From positions 116,808,001 through 116,872,000 of the forward strand of contig NC_042997.1 of assembly GCF_006345805.1 (NCBI RefSeq): DNA of 64,000 nt, read 5' to 3'. Each line of letters begins with the position of its first letter. Positions within the stretch are counted from its first letter, which is position 1. The stretch is from Octopus sinensis. Taxonomy: Eukaryota. The notes below the pieces were generated by a model. The model did not search any database and was not told where the DNA came from. It saw only the letters and a program-made list of their open reading frames with translations. This document shows, one piece after another, positions 1 through 14,504 of this stretch. The position numbers were made by a program, and so were the translations under genes.

Positions 1-342
1 CCCCATCCTTACATCTCCACATCCCACCCTCGCACCACCACACCATGTCACACCACACAACATGTCACACCACTCCGCACATACTAGCACTGACCACTTC
101 CCAATACCCACACCATCATCACCCACTCATTAGATGCACAAACACACGCACATATTGACCGCTAGCTCCAAAAGATTTTTTATTCTCTCTCTGTTTATTT
201 CCTTGTGTTGCTCTCTGTTGAAGAGCGTAGGCTCGAAACGAAAAAATATTTTCTCACCTTCCCAAGCGTTAAACTAATACCCCTATTTGTTGTTTATACA
301 CCTGCTTTCGTCTTTTGTTTTACTGTAAATTTCAGCTTGTTA
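1..342 (+). mobile_element. Solo/3' pseudo-LTR of a Penelope-like element, cut by the window edge and ending in (TA)n
   Basis: 181-342 aligns by eye with the reverse complement of the pLTR at 22878-23060 (ctgttgaagagcgtaggctcgaaacg...ctaatac...cacctg...ttcgtcttttgttt...gttatatata). Upstream is CA-rich like that pLTR. Confidence 0.8.
211..245 (+). ncRNA. Degenerate minimal hammerhead ribozyme motif
   Basis: CTGTTGA-A-GAGC-GTAG-GCTC-GAAACG followed by A instead of T, so U16.1 is lost. Same core as 22977-23014. Confidence 0.6.
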
Positions 343-387
343 TATATATATATTATATATATTATATATATTATATATGTGTGTGTG

Positions 388-684
388 TGGAGGCGCAATG
401 GCCCAGTGGTTAGGACATCGGACTCGCGGTCGTAGGATCGCGGTTTCGATTCCCAGACCGGGCGTTGTGTTTTTTGAACAAAAACACCTAAAGCTCCACG
501 AGGCTCAGGCACGGGGTGGTGGCGATCCCTGCTGTACTCTTTCGCCACAACTTTCTCTCTCTCTTTCTTCTGTTGGCTTGCTCGCTTAGCCAGCGAGGTG
601 GCGTCATTTGAAGGCTAAAACAATGCGAAACGCATTGTGACCAGCGATGTGTAGCAACATCTGATAGCTTGGTCGGTCATCTGA
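388..684 (+). mobile_element. tRNA(Arg)-derived SINE (resembles octopus OR-type SINEs)
   Basis: A-box TGGCCCAGTGG, anticodon-loop-like ctcgcg (TCG), B-box GGTTTCGATTCC. Head shared with 29966-30245, 51293-51582 and 52011-52316. Embedded in TA/TG microsatellite. Confidence 0.85.
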
Positions 685-3600
685 TATATATATATATATA
701 ATGAAACGTATACGTAGATTTGTACGTTAAGTGGCGGCTGAACTTAAGATGAAACAATCATTAAATTCCCAATTCTAAGTATGTGAAACATCTATCAGGA
801 ATCACTACTATATTTGAATTTAAGAAATATGTATGAATTAAATGGCTAGTGGGAAAGGAAAGTTGGTAGCTGTATAAGAAATTGGAGTAACTAGTTTATA
901 GAGGGAATTCGGATCCAGAAGGGGGAAAGTTTTGCATAATGTAACACCTTTGTGTCTACGTTTCATAATCAGATTATTTTATTGTTAAATAATATTTTCT
1001 TCATTATCCATAACTACAACTTGCGCTAAGTAGAACGATCACCTGTCAGTGTATCAACTGCAGAGTTTTGTATGTTGCATAATTGATCATTTAGTAGTGT
1101 AATTCTTCTAGTCTTATCTTAAAAACTAAATTAACTTCGACAATGAAGTACTCTTAGCCATAGACTCGGAATGAAAGTTAAAATAGTGATTACGTTATCT
1201 TGTCTTAAAGAACGTTCTCGAAGCATATACATAGACGTATGTAGACTTATTAGACGCAACTCAGCATTAGTAGATAATATTTTTAATAAGTCATTTATCT
1301 ATTGTTGAAGGATGGGCATTTACAGTTCCATAATGGTTCTTTGCACTGTAGCTTGCTTGTAGAGAAAGAATCTCATTGGCCGCTTGACCTAGCATAGTCT
1401 TTTATTTCCGATTTTTCGTAGTGGTTTCTTTTCGACAATCAACTAGAAAATAACACGCAAAAAGTACCCGACGAGAAAGAATACTGAAGATCTATGTAAT
1501 GCCTTAAAGTCACATAGCCTTCGCTTCGTTGTCCTTTGAAACATATGTATTTACCTACTCCTCTTCCTCAATCCACTGATTTATAATCACATAATTAGCA
1601 ACTTTTGTGGCTATATTTAAATCGGAATTTCTAATTTGAGATAGGACGAAGTGTATCGCATACATTGATTAACAAACTTTATTGATCGAATACAGCTACT
1701 ATAATAATAAAGAATAATAACAGAAGAATTATAGACAATAAAATGTATGTCTTTTTTATTCTTTGAAAATATAAAAAAAATTTCTCGCCAGAAAACAAAA
1801 GGATATGATTAGAAACGATTATCTCTGCTCCAGAGCAGCAAAGCGCTTTCGTTCTGTCTCTACCAAAGTATATACAGCTTCCTGTAATACCATCTGCTCG
1901 AAGGATTTTCTAACACTTTTTTTTATCTATAGAGCCCTTTGATTACTATTTTATTCTGGTGGACACCCATCGTCATTCGACATTTAAAAACAAGTTTTAT
2001 AGATACTTCTATCAAAATTCTTATTCTGTTTTTTTCACATTAAATTCTGTAGGCTGAACTATGTAAAATGCTAGAGAAAAAAATCCAGTTATTTCTTGCA
2101 ATACATGTCAGGGGCCTGTAAAATAATATTGTAGACCTCCAATTTGCTATTTTTTGTATGCGTAGAGCCCCCCAAATTTTATATGGACTTTCAGAGGCCG
2201 TATGGTCCCGGTTGAAAACCACTGATCTACTTTGTGTTATATAAGCCATGTCTATGCTTGAGGCTAACCAATTGCTAGTGCCATGATCGCTTTAGATCTC
2301 ACTACTTTATTATCTATCTATCTATCTATCTATGTGTGCATGCGTGTGTGAGTGCGCATGCCTCTGTGTGTGTGTGTGTCTGTATATATATATATATATA
2401 TATATATAGCTAGCTAGCTAGATATATATTTAGTATGCAAACGAACGAGGGAGCAAGTAGAGGAAAGAGAGATTTTAAATATTACAGGTCTTATAAATGA
2501 TCGTTATTTGAAATGAATATTTTTGCTTTACCATTAAAAATATCAGGCTTATGTTTATAGAACAGGAAATTGATTGGAAATTAAATATAAAATAAAGAAT
2601 TGCTTAAAATAGACTTATGGCTGTTTCTTTATAACAGTTTTAGACTCTAATGATAAACAATTTTTTAAAGAATACTTGCTATTGTAAAAAAAGAAAAGCC
2701 ATAATTCAAATTATTTTAAAAGCTAAAGTTTCTAAAATATTTGAAACTCAAGTGATGATACATAAATGTAGAGATTTAAAACTCGACTGAAAGGATAAAC
2801 AGAATAATTAAATACAGCCAATGACATATGGCTTAGCAATTTAATTTACATCTTATGCATTTTCGTGATTTTCTTTAGTCAAGAAACGACAGAGCACCAG
2901 ATAATCTGTATCCATTCATTATACTAAAAATCAATAAATTTAACGTTGGTATATATGTGAGGATTTCTTATAAATTTTCTTTGTTTTTATAGTCTACGTT
3001 TTTTCTTCCAGACAAAATATTTTCTTCTTTAGCTGTATGTTAGTTATCTTTAAGATCTACTTTAATCAAACAATGTAAGCAAATTCAATGTGGTAGTTTT
3101 TCATATCAGCTTGCGTACTTTCAAAATTTGATTCCATGAACAGTTATGTGAATAGTTATAAAGCTTTATGAATTATATTCTCTTACATATATAAATACAC
3201 GCATACATATTACATATACATACATAGCTTCTCGCAAATAAACACAGACGGAACAACTTTACTTCATCTCAGTGGTAGATAATTAATCTGAGGACAAAAA
3301 CGACTAAATGGTTTTGTTGTGGAACAAACAGGAAAGAGAAACTTCTAGTAATAATGAAACTGTACGTTTTCCTTCGATTACCTCATGGGACACGAGAAGT
3401 TTTGATGACTATTGATTTCCATAGCCATTACTGAACTAGCGATACACACACATCCATGTGTGTATGTATGTGTGTGTAAAATCATGTGGGATAGTCTTAC
3501 TATTCCGCTTCTCTTTCTATGACAACACTTACTATATTAATTAATCAAACATTGAAATTAGAACGGTTTGTATAAATATGGTAACTTTTGATACAATTTT

Positions 3601-5129
3601 ATCAAAACTGAACAAAGAATTCCTCTTCCCATTTTGATCTGATCTTTAGTACATAAAATCATATATAGCTAAACAAATTATGCTAACGTAGGCGCGTGTA
3701 CATGGTCACTCGACCTACCAAGTATATTTAGCCTCTTTACACTCAAATCATTCCCCGATTAGTAAAGGAGACTTAAGCAAGTTACCCAAAGAAGGGTGAT
3801 TGCAGCCGGAATGGTTTTGATCCTAAGCCTTTTCAATTAATGCCAATCAGAATTCAAACAACGGCAGCAGCAACAACTTCCAATAAAAATACCTCACGAA
3901 GTAAATTCTACAAACTGCTAAAGTTCAGGTTAATATATCTTCCAGATCAATTCTTCACGTACCAAATGTTTATCATAGTAACGACGTCTTTGAATTGTTT
4001 AATTTCTCAATTAGTCATAATAACCCTCTCGAAATACAACAAAGTTTTAACGTATAAATTCACCTTTAGGATTTTGCAAACAAAATACATAAACGAAATA
4101 GCCTCGACAACAGATGCACATCAATAAGCACGGTGAGGAAGATGCTTCAAAATGAGGCCAAAATATCTCGTGAATTGTTGCCGTTGTTTAGCTGTAGATA
4201 ACTGGGACTAAACCGGCATACGATCTCTAGGTCGACAGTATCAACTGTATCATTCCATTTTTAAGAATGTAGAGTGTTATTTGCAGAAGACTTGACTGCT
4301 ATTTCTAGCAGGTCGAGAGACAATTTGACGTTCCAACGTTAACTCCAGAGTTGTCTTCCTGCGTGGAAATGAAAATATTTTTAACAGCCACAAATCATTC
4401 ATGTTTGTAGGAGACTATAATCGACCAAATGTACTGTTTTATATTTTATTGACTCTAGGGAGGTGGAAATCAAAGTTGAACTCGGCGAGATTTCCACTAA
4501 CAACCTTAAAACCCACTAAATATCACAGAATTATACGAGTCATTGACTATACTTTTAGCAGAAAGCCGTAGATGTATTTCTGTTGAATAACTAAAATTAC
4601 CCACATTTCTGCTTTTACCAACTAGCTTTTCATCAGTTTAGTATCTTGCTGGACTAGTAATGGCTTTTCTAAATAATTTTAAGTTTGTTTCAACTTTGTA
4701 TCCAATGTCAAGTGAAGCATAGGCTTAAGGTTTTCTGCCAAGTCAGTTTTCATTATTTTTGGCTATAGTATTTGTTCGCGATAAAGTGAGTCTGTTATTG
4801 TGTCAATTTGATCTTTCATAGTTCAGTTATATCTCATTATTTTTCTATATGCGTAGCATTCTCTTTGCGATTAACGTCAACTACCACAATCCTATTATTC
4901 AAACTTCTACAACATATATGCATGCATGTGGAGCAAAAAAAGCGATTTGCAAACCGGCTGAAGGGTAATTGGTGAGAAGCAACATTAAATCATAACTGGA
5001 AGACATCTGTACCCACTACTTATTTAAGCGGTCTCACTGTTAAAGAAATGACGATATGGAGGTGAAATATGCCTAGCACTACCATAGGGGTGTGATGAAG
5101 TAGAAATGTACGTACAGTTTCACCATATA

Positions 5130-5720
5130 TCGCAGCTGCATCCTTGAAATACGAGAAAGCCATTGCCAAGAAGACATACTGAAATGATTCATCATTGCTG
5201 CTATGTGATGCCCTTATATGACTTTTAAGCCCAGACAACCTTTTACACATTTTATTACATACTAGACAACTGTGCTGGCTGACAGGAGAAATACATGCCA
5301 CCACATGCACTGTCTTAACATTTAGACCTTTTTAGACCTCCAACTGAGAGGCATACCCTTCCACATATATGTATTTGCAACAGAAGCCGTACGGGAAATT
5401 GTTTTTCCCACGAAAGTTCCGCAACCCAGTAATAAACTCATTTGCATACAGACAATCAGAGCAGAGCCACCTTTATCCTTTTTACTTTCTAGTCAGCACC
5501 GTGCATTCCTTACTCTATCTACTGGCAGACAGCAACCTTTTTGTCACTATCGAAAAACATTTTGCTATCACTACAAGTACTACTGTCTCGAACTACATGT
5601 CGGGCAAAAGATTAAATATATGTAAATAATATTTCTTCCTTCTTGGTGTTAATCCTTCCATGTGCACTGGTTACTTCGACGTTGTCACAATAATACTGAA
5701 TTGCTGGAGTTATTTCATTT
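5130..5720 (-). mobile_element. Decayed LINE 3' end, probably RTE clade
   Basis: Minus-strand translation contains CLVCNKMCKRLSGLKSHIRASH, resembling the C-terminal CCHH finger of RTE ORFs. Weak RT C-terminal-like remnant near 5640-5710. Confidence 0.5.
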
Positions 5721-7489
5721 TTTCCATAAAAATGGTTTTAAAAAGTTATAGAGGTTTAAAGTTTGATCATTTTCACCCAGTCAGGCGATAAGATAAGGTC
5801 AGTTGGTTAAGGAATGAACATGCTTCTTTTCTCTTTTAATAATCCTTGTTCTTGTTACAACTATGGCTGCCTCTGCGTAGTTATTTGTGTTGTTGTTTAC
5901 TTTGTAAAACGGTAAGGGGAGAGGGTTGCTAGTAAATCAACCTCTACTCACATTTTCCCCAACCACATCTTTACCATATGGGGTCCTAGCAAAATCCGAT
6001 AATAGGTATAGATGCAAAGCTAATTACTTCTTTTAAAATCAAGCATAACTTGGCGATCGGTCGACTCACAACACCTTCTTCGTTATGAGTTTACTTGGTA
6101 GTGTATTTGTTAACTTGACATCGAGGTTAAGGTGAACTCTGATTGGCTGTACGCAAATGAGTTCATTACTGGAACCCGGAACTCTCGTGGAAAAAGTTCG
6201 CAAGCCGTAGTAACCAAATTATCCACAATTGAAGTTCATCGTCGGATTGAATGGAAAACCATAGCTATGTACGCATATAGGCATGCATATTCGTATGTAT
6301 GTGTACAAATATATTCGTGTGTGTGTTTATGTAGCTGCATATACACGTGTATGTGTATGTTGATGGGTGCATGTATGAGTATGCTTGTATATATCTATGC
6401 TTCATGTTTCATATTTTCAGCGAAGTTCACTTTACTTGTATGAAAAAAAATGAAACAGAAAGAAATGATAAATGAGATTTTAAAATTTACAAAAGGAGGT
6501 GAATAAGATGTCATTGCCAAAGATAGCCCTTCCGTGCCTCATAAATTAGGTGCTCCATTTCAGCCTAGAATTATATCATCAACTAGCAATGCTATCAGTG
6601 GTAAACATAAAACATCAGCGGTAAGCATAAAACGTGTTAGGACTGTGTTTTCTCATTTCAGTTCCATTTGTTTTACTCTTATGTACAAGGATACTTTGTT
6701 GCTTTCATTGAGTGCGATAAAAAAAACCCTGGAAAGCATTGACATGAGATAGCTTATCACGTACAGATGGATACGTATGAAGTGTTTAAGCCAGAAAGAA
6801 GCCGTATACTTTATCTGCACTCCATTTCTATTCTTTTCCTTTAGATAAGTAGGATTGATCTTGCTCTGTTGTGGCTTTAAAGTGTACACTTGTATCTAAT
6901 CTGTATCCCATTCACTTCAAATTGTTACTTCAAACGCTGGACCAGTACTGTTTTGTATTGGCTGCTACATCTTATTATTGTTCTTTTTATTTGAATGGAG
7001 GCTATGAACCTGAATACCCGTGGCCGCAATGAATAGAACAGAAAATAAAATCTGAACATAGATAAATTTCTGTTATCAGTATTAAATTACATTTTGTTGA
7101 TGACTGTATATACAGTGTAGACTCTATGTACTGAAAAATGAAAATACTGTCTCTTTTTACCAGGTCCCTGAAAATTAGACATTTCCCTTTAGAATATTTA
7201 ATTCGCAACATGAAGAGCTAAGCAACTGAGCGTTTCAAACCCAGCTGTTTAACATATAAAGATCTTAGAAAATTGAGCCTCCTACATGGAAGAGTGATGA
7301 TATATTTGCCTGTTGTTCAATGTTCTTGATGTTCTTGCAAGAGAGCCAACTTAAAATTAAAATGCATAGCAAATATTTTCCAACTCATTTCTGACGATAT
7401 TGTGATTTTCGTGTATTTACACAACGTTGATTACGCCACAAACTCAAGCCGCTAGTAGGATTGCGATGTTTTCCAGTATACTTTCGTTC

Positions 7490-8190
7490 TCATGCTGATA
7501 TCACTTCCTGACGGTACTCTCAACATATACTGTTTAAGATGGAACATGCAATTGTTGTTTTCAGTTACTTATCTGGTAGTTACATACTTTATTTTAACTT
7601 TAACTACTTTCTTTCTTAATCATTATTCATATTTTGTCTCTGGTGTAATGTTTTACACAACTACATTGCCAACACATTCTAAACACTGGAATAATAATTC
7701 CTCATTTTTACAGCACAAAAGCTTGAAATATAATGACTTCAGCCGTCAGTTACTGCTTCAGTGCTGCCTTACATCAGGAAACCTTTTATCCTTAATGTTA
7801 TGTCTGCCACAAGTTTCTTGTGCTTTTTCATGTAGTGTTCAACTTTTCATGGCCCTAGTATTCATTTCTGCCAAGATCTTTTCTCACGCACCAGCCATGT
7901 AGAGCACCGTGACTTATTTCAGTTTTCTGTCACCTGTTTCAGACTATTCCCTGTGAATAAATCACTTCAGCCTTTTGAACCCTGTTTCCTTTAATACCTG
8001 GCGTTATGTGATTCAAGGGAATATTGAACATGCTTCTTTCTTTATCATATTTCAGATCCTCCTTATCTAATTCTTTCTGTTATTCCTTATTGTGCTATGA
8101 GATAGTGTATCATTCGGGACATATCATATCCAGCAAAATTTATCTATTTTCAGTATTTTCACACCTATTCCTTCTTTTTCTCAAGGTATA
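7490..8190 (-). mobile_element. Highly decayed LINE RT remnant (RTE-like)
   Basis: Fragmentary resemblance to the RTE AF-RL...TK-V--VL--LLY--E-W region around 7870-7985. Many disruptions. Confidence 0.3.
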
Positions 8191-10384
8191 TTGCTCGGTC
8201 TGTGATAAAGTTAGTGTAGTTACAACTAGTTGGTACCTGATTCAATTATGACTAACGTGATCTTTTCACCAGTGAGTCTATAAGCTTTATAAGTTCCGTA
8301 ATAATTATGATAGTTAAGCTGTGTGTAATGTGTGTACGGAGGTGTTTATCCTCCGGGATTTTTATATTAACATTGTTCTAAATTAATATTTCTGGAACTT
8401 TGACAGATTGCTGCGGTGAATTGACGCCATCTTTCTCCTGAGAAATATCTAGTCTGTAATCCGGACTTGTTTACATGTTATTTCTTTTCAATTTTCCTTT
8501 TCTCTACAGTTCAATCTCGAAAAAGAGGTAACTACGGAAGTATAATTAATTAGTCGGCCGGAAATCGAAACTGTGTTGCACAATTAACTCATTAGGCGGT
8601 TAGTTTCACACTCATAACAATCCCACGTCTGCCAAAAATATTTTGGGAGCGTCTACACAGTCACTTGACTCGCTGAAAATAGCAGTCATATTTCTTTGAA
8701 ATTGCACCTTACCGTTTTAGAAAATGAAAGAAATTGCAGAGCGTAATCTTAGGTATAGTATGATTAAAAACAAAGAAATGATGACTACGGCTGAAGCGTC
8801 ATTCTTCATGGGTCTGTTCAATCAGGAATAATTTGCGTTAAGGAGCAACAACCTATGTTGTTTTTTAATGACCAAATAGACAAAGTAGTATTCTTGTAAC
8901 TGAATTTTTCTTTTCATTAACTGCAGATGAAGCCTTTCTGATCGAATAGACTTATGATCAAAATTATTCCAGTTACAGCCACCAAATATCCAATGTATTT
9001 TTTAATTTAAGGCGGAAGGATGTGATTGCATGGGGATTTGGTTGCTATTTCTAACAAACTAAGCGACTGCATAAAAGTCTCTTTGTTAATCCGTCCTTTA
9101 TGGTTTATTGGGAGGAGAGAAAGCACTATAATCATTCCTTTAAGAAATATCTTATATATAATTTACGGACAAAGGTTTAGCAAAACTGTATCGAGATTGA
9201 AAATGAATTAATCTCTACATTCAGAGCAATATCGAAGAGTTTCACAAAAAATATTACATCAGCAATTATCAACTGGATACTTGATTCATAAAAGAAACCT
9301 TAGTCTGTGATTTAACTGTATTTATTTAGCAACTGCAGTCCCATATTGCTTAGCAAACATTTTAAACTCATATGATGCGATTGCAGTTTATCTATCAATA
9401 CATGTATTGTTGATCAGAGACACTACAATTTATATAGATTAACTAAACCCTTCAACTATTAACGTAGATCTTACCTTCGTATCTCCTGCACATTAATGTG
9501 ATATATTGATTATCAATATTCAGGTATTTCAACGATATTAACAATATAAAATATTTTAGTTGGGACTTTAGCAACATACAATTCGTTATTGTAGATGTTT
9601 TGGGTGTTTTCATTTCTCGTTACACTGGATAAAAAGAAAGAACTAATTGCTTTATGCATGTTTTTCTAAATATTAAGGCTATTCCTTTGCAACATGGTCA
9701 TCGATCGATAACTAAGTTGCAAGGATATGTTGTTTGCGTAGTGCAAGAAATGTGAGATCATACAGACCGTTTGTACATAAATCTGCATTAGCTGAGACAT
9801 TTTGAAAGTCTTTTCTGACCAGTATTGCAGTTGAGCCAATATTTCCTGTTTTCTTACAGAACTCTGTCTTTTCATGATTGCAGTTGTTGCTGCTATTGTT
9901 GTTGTTGTTTAACTTCAAGCACGCCTTTATCGAATGAATCTGTTTAAAAGCTTCATATCTACAGCTATCTCTTTTATACTCTGGATTACATCATCCGACA
10001 TGTATTTCTAAAATAATAGGGTATGATTCGAAGGTTACTTAGCTACTACTTGCAGCAGATCGAACGACCGGGCACAGGCTTCTTCATTATGTAAAACAGA
10101 ACATACGTAAACTGAAGGTAACATGTCAAGATTTTATTTAGTTTTTTCATGTTGCTGTATGCTAAATTTCAAGAAAAAAAAACGCCGATTATCATATAAC
10201 CTTAGGCATTAACAACACCGTATGTCTAGGGTAAAAAATATGAAAGATCTATATAAATTACACAGATTCACATCTCATAAAATTCATAACAGTGAAGTAT
10301 TTTTAGTCTAATCACAGAAAATAATACAATGCCTGTGTTCCTAATGACCGAAATATTTTGTTGAAATATTAGTATAGGGAGAAT

Positions 10385-10530
10385 TCAAAAAAAGAAAAAA
10401 AGAAGACGAAGACAGGTGGCGTTGACAGCAAACAGATGTATCAGTATAACGCTCGGGAAGTTCCAAAGAAAGGAACACAGAAAGAAACAAGGAGAGAAAA
10501 ATAAAGAATGTGTAGTGGCTAGCGGTCTAT
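10385..10530 (-). mobile_element. Truncated PLE pLTR fragment lacking the hammerhead
   Basis: agacgaagacaggtgg...aacagatgtatcagtataacgctcgggaa...ggaacacagaaagaaacaaggagagaaaa...tgtagtggct matches the reverse complement of 16085-16235, with the HHR segment deleted. Confidence 0.7.
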
Positions 10531-10981
10531 AATAGTTGTTGTTTTGTCAGCTGTGTTATCTCACCTAGTGACAGTTGATGTTGCAGCACTTACTAAATTA
10601 TTATACCTTTTATGCATATATGTGTTCCATTGTTGTTTAGTTGATATTGAATGGGAGAAAAATGTTGTTGACCCTCCTATGCTGTATTGAATTATCTATA
10701 AGATTAGTTATCCAACACCCATATTCAATAGAGATGTGTAGTGATATGATAGATAGTGATTCCTTGTCATCATATCCAAACAACGGTTGAACATTTGTCT
10801 AAACAGCCGATCCAGTGAACTGATGATCGTAAAGATCTCAGAAACTTACATTTGTACTTAACACTCTCACGATGCTGCATCTCTGTTAGCTGATAAAATC
10901 CGAGCGTTCAGCTTTGTGTTAATCACTGTTTTCCATAAATTCATCAAAATAACCACAGTTATTGTGGAATACATTTCACCG

Positions 10982-11377
10982 AAGGCGGCGAGCTGGGAGA
11001 ATCGTTAGTACGCCGGGTGAAATGCTTAGCAGTATTTCGTCTGTCTTTATGTTCTGAGTTCAAATTCCACCGAGGTCGACTTTGCCTTTCATCCTTTCGG
11101 GGTCGATTAAATAAGTACCAGTTACGCACTGGGGTCGATATAATCGACTTAATCCGTTTGTCTGTCCTTGTTTGTCCTCTCTGTGTTTAGCCCCTTGTAG
11201 GTAGTAAAGAAATAGATATTCTTTCTTTACGTTCTGAGTTCAAATTCCGGCAAGATCGACTTTGCCTTTCATCCTTTCGGGATTGATAACTTAAGTACCG
11301 GTTGCGTACTGGAGTCGATCTAAACGACTGGCTATCTCCTCCAAAATTTCGGGCCTTGTGCCTAGCGTAGAAAAGGT
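10982..11377 (+). mobile_element. Nin/Deu-domain-like tRNA SINE, full copy plus 5'-truncated copy inside one TSD
   Basis: Head aaggcggcgagctgg..gttcaaattcc; domain gcctttcatcctttcggggtcgat..aagtaccag. TSD atacatttcaccga on both sides. Confidence 0.9.
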
Positions 11378-11610
11378 ATACATTTCACCGACATTGGTGA
11401 ACATGAGACTTTTTGTGAACGTGAGGCTTTTGTAAACATGAGTCTGCGCAGTGAGATCGAATGCAGGACTATGTGACCATGAAGTGAGATTCTCAACCAC
11501 GCACTCTCGCAGCTTCTTCAACTAGTTATAACTTCTACTTGTTCTGTTGTGTGAAGACAGCCGCTTAGTAAATCATTATATAATCCCCAAATACAAGACT
11601 ATTATCTCCT

Positions 11611-11794
11611 TACACACACACACACAAACACACATACACACAAGCGTGCACACACACGCCTGCACACTCGCACATGCATACTCGCACATGCATACTCGCA
11701 CATGCATACTCGCACATGCATACTCGCACATGTACACTCGCACATGCACACTCGCACATGCACACACACATGCATACACACACACATGCACACA

Positions 11795-11825
<31 letters not shown>

Positions 11826-12173
11826 GTACTCGCGCACACGCACACACGTACTCGCGCACATGCACACACACCGCACGAACACGCAAACACACCGCACAAA
11901 CACACACACACCGCACAAACACACACACACCGCACAAACACACACACACACCGCACAAACACACACACACACACCGCACAAACACGCGCACACACACACA
12001 CACACTGCACAAACACGCACAAACATACCACACGAACACGCACACACAGACACACACACCGCACACACACAAACGCACACACCGCACAAACACACAAACG
12101 CACAAACGCACACACCGCACAAACACACAAACGCACACACATACACACACCACATGCATACATACACATACAT
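11611..12173. repeat. Complex CA-rich microsatellite/minisatellite (GCACATGCATACTC and CCGCACAAACACAC units)
   Basis: Visible tandem low-complexity repeats. They explain the six overlapping H/T and C/V-rich ORFs. Confidence 0.95.
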
Positions 12174-13592
12174 AGATGGATGCCCGATCCCTATGGGTTT
12201 CGATAATGAGGATTCAATTGTTGAATCAATTGAATTACTGTGTAAGTGGTTCATTGTCTCACAGGTAGTTGTACTCAGTGTACTCTGAAAGAGATCCTCA
12301 GGTAGCAACAACGGGTGACAAATTGTACCTTCCAATATCAAGCAGAATCTACACGATCAACTTTCATACAGTTCCGTTTCTACTGACAAGGTACGAAACA
12401 ACTTAAGGCTGTAGTAAATGTTAATTGCTCAAGATAAGACGTAACGGGATTGAACTCTGGACTTGTTGATGAGGAATTTCATAACTATGTCAGATTGTGT
12501 GTTGGGGAGGATGGGCGCATGCACATAAAGCGAAGCCTACAAAAATATACATAGCTACCCTTATAAAATGAAAATTTTCTTTTGTACCAATCTGTATCAA
12601 TCAATAAACCATCAGATATAAATGGTATCTCCAAATCACCTGCATTGAATAATTATATTTCTCAAGACATGTTTTATTAAAATTTTAACTCTAAACAGTA
12701 AAATCCAAAAATTCTAATATCTAACATTCCTTAAACTTAAAATATCAAAAGAACTTAACGTTTGACAGCTGCAATAGTTCTGTTTATATATGCTTTCTGA
12801 AATGTCTCACTCAAAGAAATTGTTTTAATATACTTTTTCTTTCAAATATACCTTCTCTGAAATATATGTTTGGCATTTAAATTGTTAATTAAAAATTACT
12901 CGTAAAAAGATTTAATACGGTGTTCTTGAAGCTTAAATGCTTATTGATAATATTTCCATAAATTGATTGAAGGAAATTATAAGCAGTTGAACTGAAACCA
13001 GGATATGACTTGGTATTATATTTAATAACGTATTAAATTTTGGAACCTCGCATTTTGTCTCGTGAGGGATCGTTGGAGAAAAGTTAAAGCTTTGGTCTCA
13101 TCTCAGTGGCTGATTTGTTTATAGATTTAGAACCCAAAAAATTTCCTCAATACAAGCAGATTTAATCTCCCTCATTCCCATCCAAACACCAGAAAAAAAA
13201 AAGAATGAAGAATAAACAGTAATTTTTAACCTAAATATCAAAATAAGCTAAATCCGTGTATAAGGAAGAAAAGTGAACTGTGACGTTTCAGAGAAAATTC
13301 TTCTTCAAAATGTGTAATATTATCAACACTGCGGCGGATTCTGCGATGTGACTATAGGAGAAACAGTCTAAATACTGATAACATGACAGAGATGTTTCGA
13401 AATTTTATTTCCCCTTAACTGATAACGATGTCATAATCACTAATGATTTACATTCTGAGTTTAACTCTCATCTTCTTAGTTGACAAAATAAAGTAATAAT
13501 TAAATACTAAAACAGATCTAATTGACTCGATTTTTAGCATTATGCTGACGTGAGTAGTCAAAATTAACGATAGTGTAATATCAGTATTCAAT

Positions 13593-13760
13593 AATTCTTT
13601 CTACTAGAGGTACAAAGTCTAAAATGTTGTGGTTAGGGGACTAGTCGATTACACCGAACCCAGTAATCAACTGGTAGAATTTGAACTTGGAACGTAAAGA
13701 CTGACGAAATGCAGTTAAGCATTTTGCCCGACATGCTAACAATGCTGCCAGCTTGTCGCT
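13593..13760 (-). mobile_element. Decayed Nin-type SINE with internal deletion
   Basis: ctttctactagaggtacaaag...ctagtcgattacaccgaacccag...gaacgtaaagactgacgaaatgc...ctgccagcttgtcgc. Confidence 0.7.
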
Positions 13761-14504
13761 TTGTACACTCTTATAATATAAGAACGGTTTTGAGGGAGTT
13801 CAGAAAGAGAGCTCTTGCACTCAGGTCGGTGGTTCCTGCAACAGAACAATTCACCAGTATACAATTCCATATTAATAAGCAACTACTTGACAATAACGAG
13901 GAGATTAAATCTACCCAAATACTTGATTGTTACATTAGTTTTGCTTTTGGCTCCAGAACTATGTAAAGTAAAACTGACCTCTGCATGATTTGAACTTAAA
14001 ACGTACAGTGTCGTAACTAAGCATCACGCCCTAATGTTCCTGTAAATTAATTTTTTTCATATGCACGGTTCTTATATTAGTATTTAAACAAAATGCTCAG
14101 GGCAGAAGTGAATTTTTGTGTTAAGTGTTATATTTGTATGTCATGTTGAACGTTTCTTTGCTATTCATTTCAATATCCACTTACACACATCCAAACAAAA
14201 GTCACCCCAAATGCAGAAACACAAACACACACACACACACACACACACGTAACAAATAATAAAAATGTATTTCGGTCAAAATTTCCGAACATGAGCTTTT
14301 AGTTATTCGATCAACTGAATTACCAGGTTCATTGAATACACTTGTAAGTGGGTGAGTGTTTCACTGACTTATGTAGTCATGATCACATTCTAAGGCAGAA
14401 TAACTGACAGTTTGTGTGTGGGATGAAGCTGATCTTTGGAATTAAAGTTATCATCCATTCGGCGGACTTCCACATGGTTTCAGTTTACCGAATTTCACTG
14501 CTGC

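Noticed and set aside
388-465. Possible tRNA-Arg(TCG) gene
   Set aside because: It continues into a SINE body repeated four times in the window, and the cloverleaf is imperfect.
11547-12341. Six long overlapping ORFs (157-243 aa)
   Set aside because: Translations of a stop-free CA/TG microsatellite; not genes.
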